A DNA stretch of 64,000 nt, from the NCBI GenBank assembly GCA_002269645.1, contig NIVC01001247.1, positions 220,928 through 284,927 on the forward strand. Direction: 5' to 3'. Below the pieces are notes generated by a model that was not told the DNA's origin, searched no databases, and worked only from the letters and a program-made list of their open reading frames with translations. Positions 49,619 through 64,000 of this stretch are shown here, piece by piece. Position 1 is the stretch's first letter; each line of letters starts with the position of its first letter. The translations under genes were made by a program, and so were the position numbers. Source of the DNA: Macrostomum lignano (Eukaryota).

Positions 49619-51093
49619 TATTTGTTTTTAGGATGGTCAAGGATTCTGCAAACAATTCGACGAGGAATTGGAGGAGCTGACAGACGGAGGGGAACAGAAA
49701 TCAGCGACGCGCAATTTTTTTATTTGCTCTGCCCTTTAGCTCGCAGGCTTTGAAGGAGAATTAAGTCTGAGGGAGGGAGACAGAGACAGACAGAGAGAGA
49801 GGTCGAAAAGGAGGCAGAGACGACAGGATTGGGGGGGGGGACGCGAGGGGGCGCGAACGATAACAGAAAGAGAGAATAAAGGAGGTTCTTTATCTAATTG
49901 AGTCAAACTCTGAATCTGTACTGGGGCGACCAAAGTGGGCGAATCAGTGGGGAGGACGTCCTCCTTTTTAGCTTGTATTTAGCATAGGCCTTAGTGTGCC
50001 TGGAAGGAGGAGAGATACGTAGAGAGAGGGTCCCGGTCAGGTTTTGGACCTTTATGTCGACAGCCTCCCCTCCGCAGCAGAGAGAGAGGACACGCGTTAC
50101 TATCGACGACCGTTCACTCTCCGCTCTCCCCCTCTCTTCCTTGCTTTAAGTCCGCCCTCTAACTCCCCAGCTGCGGCCAATGGTGCATTGTGGGCCAAGA
50201 GGGCAGACTACGCTGAGGTACAGCCTAGGATAGAGGAACGGCTAGATGGGCAACAGCGGGGCAGGGATTGGGGGAGGAGGTTGTTTGGGGCATCTTGGAT
50301 TCCAATGAAATCCTCTGTCTCTCTTCTCCTCTCTCCCCTCCGGCGGACCGTGCTTTCCCGTTGCTCCCCTCCCCCAGCGTAGCGACCAACCCGACCTCCG
50401 CACCCGAGCTTTCCTGACGCTTAACGCGGCTGCTACCCGTTCCAGAGATTTTACACGCAAGCGCACTCTGCTATCTATCTCGTCTCCTCCCGGCTGCTCC
50501 CCCCCCAATCTCTGCACCCCTCTCGCTTGCTCTTGCCTAGATCCCAAGCCTCAAATCAAACCCCTAACGGCCTCCCTTCTGCGTCCAGGCCGACTGAATC
50601 TCCATACGTCGGCATTACTTTCTGGCACTAATTCCTTCGCTATCCCCAAAAAACTCTTCGCCTATTTTCAACCCCATTCGCCCCCTATACTGGCTCGTCC
50701 TCAGCCCTCTGCTAACTCCGACCTCTCAAGCTCTCACCCACACCCCCCGGTAGCAGCTTGACGCAGTGAGGATGAAGTAAAGGAATCCATAGGCAGCAGA
50801 TAGCTAGCTGATGAGCTGCCATGAAGATTCACCCCCGCCCCCGAGTAGCCGATGAAAGGATGCGAAGTAAAGTAAACAAAACCGAATTCGTGTGGCTGGG
50901 ACGGTTGCTGACTTTAGGAATAATGGCCTTCATCAAAATTCATAGTAAGAGATTTAAACAATAAGGCAGACAGTAAACAATACTCAAAATCATTTATTTG
51001 CGGGATGATAAATTGCTTCTATTATATTTTCAACTTAAAAATAATTAATATACTGATAAATCCAGAAACAATTCAGTTGCACAGGTCGACCCC

Positions 51094-51840
51094 GTCAGTA
51101 GCTCACTGTATGACCATGTTAGTTACTCACTGTATGACCATGTCAATAACTCACTGTATGACCATGTCAGTAACTCACTGTATGACCATGTCAGTAGCTC
51201 ACTGTATGACCATGTTAGTTACTCACTGTATGACCATGTCAATAACTCACTGTATGACCATGTCAGTAACTCACTGTATGACCATGTCAGTAGCTCACTG
51301 TATGACCATGTTAGTTACTCACTGTATGACCATGTCAATAACTCACTGTATGACCATGTCAGTAATTCACTGTATGACCATGTCAGTAGCTCACTGTATG
51401 ACCATGTCAGTAGCTCACTGTATGACCATGTCAGTAGCTCACTGTATGACCATGTCAGTAGCTCACTGTATGACCATGTCAGTAGCTCACTGTATGACCA
51501 TGTCAGTAACTCACTGTATGACCATGTCAGTAGCTCACTGTATGACCATGTCAGTAGCTCACTGTATGACCATGTCAGTAGCTCACTGTATGACCATGTC
51601 AGTAATTCACTGTATGACCATGTCAGTAGCTCACTGTATGACCATGTCAGTAGCTCACTGTATGACCATGTCAGTAGCTCACTGTATGACCATGTCAGTA
51701 GCTCACTTTATGACCATGTCAATAACTCACTGTATGACCATGTCAGTAATTCACTATATGACCATGTCAGTAACTCACTGTATGACCATGTCAGCAGCTC
51801 ACTGTATGACCATGTCAGTAACTCACTGTATGACCACGTC
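51094..51840. repeat. 24-bp minisatellite (GTAGCTCACTGTATGACCATGTCA) with a 96-bp higher-order unit at its 5' end
   Basis: Four unit variants recur three times in the same order, then the array becomes homogeneous. Confidence 0.96.
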
Positions 51841-52668
51841 AGTATCCGTCGCAATCTGTCAAAACAATAATAAACAGTGAGACGAGAGCTCATTAAAACA
51901 CATTTCAGTGGATTTCGGTCAGTGAAGTGGAGCTACCGGCCGTACTCAGGGCAGAGAGTTAAGCTTAGTCGTTGGATTAGCTCGGCAAAATGCTCTTTCT
52001 AAAAGATAAGGCCAGGATTTGCAAGGCCGTGCATGTGAGCGGCTCAAGCAGCAGGTGGCACGCAAGCAAGACGCTTGCGGATCTTAAAAACGGACCTTTG
52101 TAAAAACAGAATCTTGTTGAAAAATAGGATCGATTTTAGTGCATTTTTTATTCGTCTCTGTCACACACATACACACACAAACACACACACACAAGAGCCG
52201 CAGTCAGGGTTGCGTTCCTTCTTCTGTAAGTTGATCAGTTCTTTTTCCAGTAATTTTTTGTTAAATGCAAAAGAAACACATGAAGGCGCACGTGTTAGGA
52301 GGGCTTATGTTTTGTGCGATTTTTATTAGCTAACACACTGAACAGCAAGATTGTAAAAACGAGTACGCACTTGCCAACTTCCTAGTTGAGCGGCTTGTAA
52401 GCTGATCTCCCTGCAGCCATGTTCGGGAGACCTAGTTAAAAGGATAAAAAAGTTTTTGATCCTGCCTACGCAAAGGGAGAAACAGGAGAGGAAATCTGCA
52501 GTCGATTAAGAGCTTTCCGCGGTGTCGGAATAGGCCCGAGTACAGCTGGAAAGTGTCACGTGACGTGCGGCGAACTAATTACTATTTGTCTGTGTCTTGG
52601 CGATTTTTCGATACTCTAACCATGTCGATTAATTGCACATTTATTGATTATCTAGCAACCCTGTTCCC

Positions 52669-53367
52669 TGTAGTGTATCTAGCACCCCTGTAGTGTATCT
52701 AGCACCCCTGTAGTGTATCTAGCACCCCTGTAGTGTATCTAGCACCCCTGTAGTGTATCTAGCACCCCTGTAGTTTATCTAGCACCCCTGTAGTGTATCT
52801 AGCACCCCTGTAGTGTATCTAGCACCCCTGTAGTGTATCTAGCACCCCTGTAGTGTATCTAGCACCCCTGTAGTGTATCTAGCACCCCTGTAGTGTATCT
52901 AGCACCCCTGTAGTGTATCTAGCACCCCTGTAGTGTATCTAGCACCCCTGTAGTGTATCTAGCACCCCTGTAGTGTATCTAGCACCCCTGTAGTGTATCT
53001 AGCACCCCTGTAGTGTATCTAGCACCGCTGTAGTGCATCTAGCACCTCTGTAATGCATCTGTTACCCCTGTATTGCATCTAGCACCGCTGTAGTGCATCT
53101 AGCACCTCTGTAATGCATCTGTTACCCCTGTATTGCATCTAGCACCGCTGTAGTGCATCTAGCACCTCTGTAATGCATCTGTTACCCCTGTATTGCATCT
53201 AGCACCGCTGTAGTGCATCTAGCACCTCTGTAATGCATCTGTTACCCCTGTATTGCATCTAGCACCGCTGTAGTGCATCTAGCACCTCTGTAATGCATCT
53301 GTTACCCCTGTATTGCATCTAGCACCGCTGTAGTGCATCTAGCACCGCTGTAGTGCATCTAGCACCC
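52669..53367. repeat. 20-bp minisatellite (ATCTAGCACCCCTGTAGTGT), switching to a 60-bp trimeric unit after about 53020
   Basis: Direct reading. Confidence 0.96.
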
Positions 53368-55122
53368 GTGATCTACTGCACAACCATCAATAAATTCCAG
53401 TGAATACATTTTACGCTCACTAGTTGGTTAACCTGCACTCTTTTTGCTCCGTTGAAAACTTACTTTCGGTTCTTGTCAACTTGATCCAGTGCTGTGTGGA
53501 CTCCCCACTCCCTTAAAACTGCGTTCAATCCCGTCGCTTGCGTCGCCACAGAGAGTCATAAAACTACTTTTGTTTTCGCCAAAAAGCAGATTCTTTAAAA
53601 ACTGCAACAGTCACGAGTACAAGGAAAACTGGGAATGGAATAGTTTTGCATGGCTGCGGAGAGATTTCTTCGCCTTCGACTAAGCTTGCATGGCATTTAC
53701 TAATGGGATTGCAAGTTGTGCGCACTTGGGTGGCTGGGCGAAGCTTGAAGCGGAAAACACACACGCGCAGATTCTACCCCTGTTGATGTGGTGGACAACT
53801 GGAAAGACAAACGAGTATTAGAGTTAAGGAAATAAAAAAGCTAAGAACGCAACTATTCGGTCTTCCTTTGGTGGCCAATTCAAGCGCAAAGCAGACCGTG
53901 GTCGACGAGTGTCCTTTTTTTAGATTCGACAGTCTGTCTTGTCATTTTCGATTCTCCCCGACTGGCAACTGCAGATCGAGAATTGAATGACGAGGAGCGA
54001 CCGACAACTCAATCATGCTTTGCTTCATTCATGAGAAACTGCAGTAGAAGGAAAGGACGAATAGTCGGTGTTGTCGCGCGATGACCTATGAAGGCCAACC
54101 CCCAAGGCTATCAGAGTGTTTTTTTAGAGGCAGGGGTTGTGTGCACCCTGGTGCACTTTAAGCGACATTGGCACGCAACCGGCGAGAGGCATTACTGCCC
54201 ATTCTGCCGACTCCCCTAAGCAGGCACACAAGCGCGCGGATACGTACGCAGGCGCACACTCACACAGGAGTGTACAGCGGCCCTAACGTTTGTTTCAATA
54301 TTGATAGACAAGTTAGTTGATATTCGATAAAACATGGTTGAATCTCATTGAGAGTGTTTCATAGTTCATCGTGTTTCATAGAATATTTAGTTCCGCTACA
54401 ACAATGGATTTTAAATTCTTCTTATAAACAACAGTATATTTATACGACCGTAAAAATCAATCATTTTTTTGAAAATAATCGTTGAAAATTTTACAACTGA
54501 AATAGAAAAATCCGTCAATATAAAGAAATAAAAAGCTGCTTATAGCTATACTCAAAAGTGAATTCTAGAAATATAATTTGTTTGGCATTGTAAAGTGAAT
54601 TTCGCAGCTATCTAAATATTGAAATGAGTGAATTAATAAAAGCGTTAATCAATTTTGATTATTTTTAAGTCCGGGCAAACACGCAGCCAAAGCATCAGGC
54701 ATAAAGCGTACGTGAAGCATGATGGTTCATCACTGTTAAACTGATTAAGTTCCCTCTTCATTTAGAATTACAAATGAAGCTAAAAGTGTGTATTTAATGC
54801 AAGACAGGGTTGGCAAACTCCAGTCTGCAACCTGATTCTCTAACCTGCCCTCGGGTCCTTAGATGCGAGTATTTCATCTTTTCTTTCATCTTCTCTCTCC
54901 TTGATTCCAACAAACTTATTTAACTTAAAAGTCCAGTTCCCGTCAAAAACAACCTATGCTATGGATCAGTAGAGAACCGTCTCTTGCAAATGGAAACTAA
55001 TTTACTAAACCGTCCGACCTTGACAATAAGCTCTCGACAGTACACGTATACGCGAATACAAAACGTGCAAAACGTGACTTTTGGTCCAAAAATCAAAAAG
55101 GTGCATGAAACGTCGTGAAAAA

Positions 55123-55158
<36 letters not shown>

Positions 55159-55484
55159 CCTTCGATTGCACTTGCTATGTAGATACTATAGTGCACTCGA
55201 TCCCTACATATAATTCGAAAAAATAGCCTGTGAATCGATGATAAAGTGACTTGAAAAAGCGACTTATGTCCGGATGGGGAAAAACTTAATAAAAAAATAT
55301 TGCAAAGGAACAACTGAGTGACTGTGAAGAGTTGAAAAAACGGTGAATTTCAGGACAGTCGAGTTGAAAAAGTGCAGTTTAACAAACCGGTGATAGATAA
55401 ATAAAACAAATAAACAAAAAGCGACCCAAACAACGGTAAAGTTGGCGGTTATTCATCTTCAACTGAAGCCAATCGCCAAGAACG

Positions 55485-62572
<7,088 letters not shown>

Positions 62573-62697
62573 ATTTTTTTCGGATTTTGTAACAACAGAA
62601 GAATATGACCCTATGTAGTTCTAGACCGACCAGAAGTTAAAAAAATTAATGCTTAAAAAGCTACATGCTAAGTAACCGTTAAAATCGCACTAAAAAC

Positions 62698-62711
62698 ATT
62701 GTTATGGTAAC
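62698..62711 (-). promoter_or_regulatory. RFX X-box candidate (GTTACCATAACAAT), about 130 bp upstream of the SAXO ATG
   Basis: One mismatch to the consensus GTHNYY-AT-RRNAAC; position is typical of ciliary gene X-boxes. Confidence 0.55.
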
Positions 62712-64000
62712 TATTTAAAAGTAAAACACAGTATAAGCTAAACTGTTTTATTAAAGGATAGTTTTAGCTAATACAATCTAGCATTATAACCAGAAAAACA
62801 ATAAAAACGAAAAATCTTGTCTAGAATTGCTACATCTTTGTTAGCTACTATATTTATTACGATACAACTATTAGCTAAACTGCCGAAGTTCTATTCTCTT
62901 TCATACGGTATTATTAAATTGAATATAATGCTAATAAATCTGGTATAAATTACAATTCTTTAACAGCTTTTGATAAGTGAATGCTTTGAAATGCTTTTCC
63001 TGACGATGCACACTTTGAACTGCATGTACGATGCAGTTGACAGTTTTTTGTTCTATTTAAAAAAATTGTCTACTTCTGCTGAACGTCTACCAGCTTATTT
63101 TCCGTTGCGTGCACACCTGGCTCACGCGGCTTGGCGGCAGAATTAAGTATTGCAATCTTCTTTCCGTCGCTTGGGGCGAGAGATGGAATTTTCAGATTTT
63201 TACCTTTCGTGCGCAGTGCTGAGTTTTGCATCTGCCATCAACCGTTTATAATTTCTTCCCAATTTCTTGCCTCTCATTAATTCCCTTTTTCAATCTTCCG
63301 CAGGCCAAACTGGATTATTTAAGATTAGGACGTCCAAATTCTCTCAGAGCCATTTGACGCGTTTTGAAATCTCATCCCCAGTGGGAAATTCTGGTACGCC
63401 CAAGGGTGCGCAGACCGCGGCGCCCGGTGGCCTGTGGCCGGTAGCGGGGCGCACTCTTTGTCCAGTCGGGGCGCCGGCCTTATACCCGGCGCCCGGTGGA
63501 CTGCCCAATAAATTAAGGCAAGAATTGGTTTACTCTACTAACAGTAGTATGCATGGCTTTTACTGATATATTTTGCTCTGGCAGCAGGCTAGCTTTCTGG
63601 TTGTTTCAAAATTGAATTTATTTCCAAATAATTTTCAGAGCTATCTGATTTTTTAAGCAATTGTCTCTTCCATTATAAATTTAAACAACCTTGCTGCTAC
63701 TTGCTTACGAAGTTTGCCTTTTGTGAATTTTTTGCAGTTTTTTAGAAAATTAGTTTAAGTCTATGAATGAAATCGAATAAGAAACTTAAATCTAATGAAA
63801 TTTGAATTTATTTAGCGAAGGTAAATGGAACTGATATTAAAACACAATATTAGAACGAAAAATAGTTGGCAACAAAGGTGTTGAAAGAATGTCAGTTTTA
63901 GAATCATTTTGTGACAGCATTTACTCGTAAAATACGTGCTCTCATAATTAGAAGATTTTAAATTGTCCATCATCCAGCTCTCGCTGATCTTCGGACCAGT

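Noticed and set aside
50790-50870. CTGATGA within a GGCAGC/GCTGCC hairpin, a possible hammerhead ribozyme
   Set aside because: There is no correctly placed GAAA, stem III or cleavage triplet.
51005-51880. 291-aa (VAHCMTMS)n ORF resembling a metal-binding protein
   Set aside because: It is a 24-bp repeat that happens to lack stops, starts at ATA in AT-rich sequence, and has no unique domains.

Overview
Eukaryotic, intron-rich and very repeat-rich genomic DNA. The composition and gene content suggest a free-living flatworm such as Macrostomum; this is inference, not established. Host genes: the 3' half of a P2X receptor gene (+, from base 1), an intronless peptide-type rhodopsin GPCR (-), a large multi-exon uncharacterised gene (+, about 20.4-28.4 kb), a complete 5-exon INPP1 (-) and a complete 5-exon SAXO/FAM154 gene (-). 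Mobile DNA: a full-length 10.1-kb Ty3/Gypsy element (28777-38893; near-identical LTRs, 4-bp TSD, tRNA-Leu PBS, PPT), a 2.2-kb solo LTR with a 4-bp TSD, a hAT-type MITE carrying a 21-bp minisatellite, a tRNA-derived SINE with a CORE-like domain, and an RTE LINE fragment. More than 20 micro- and minisatellite arrays are present. The most unusual object is the Gypsy element. It has a second PBS built into both LTRs and a non-env accessory reading frame after integrase that carries a VIDLT SUMO-interaction-type motif and a candidate splice acceptor. It also has an AATAAA in a hairpin just before the PPT, and a multiply broken pol despite very young LTRs. All alignments and phase checks were done by eye; no database searches were run.
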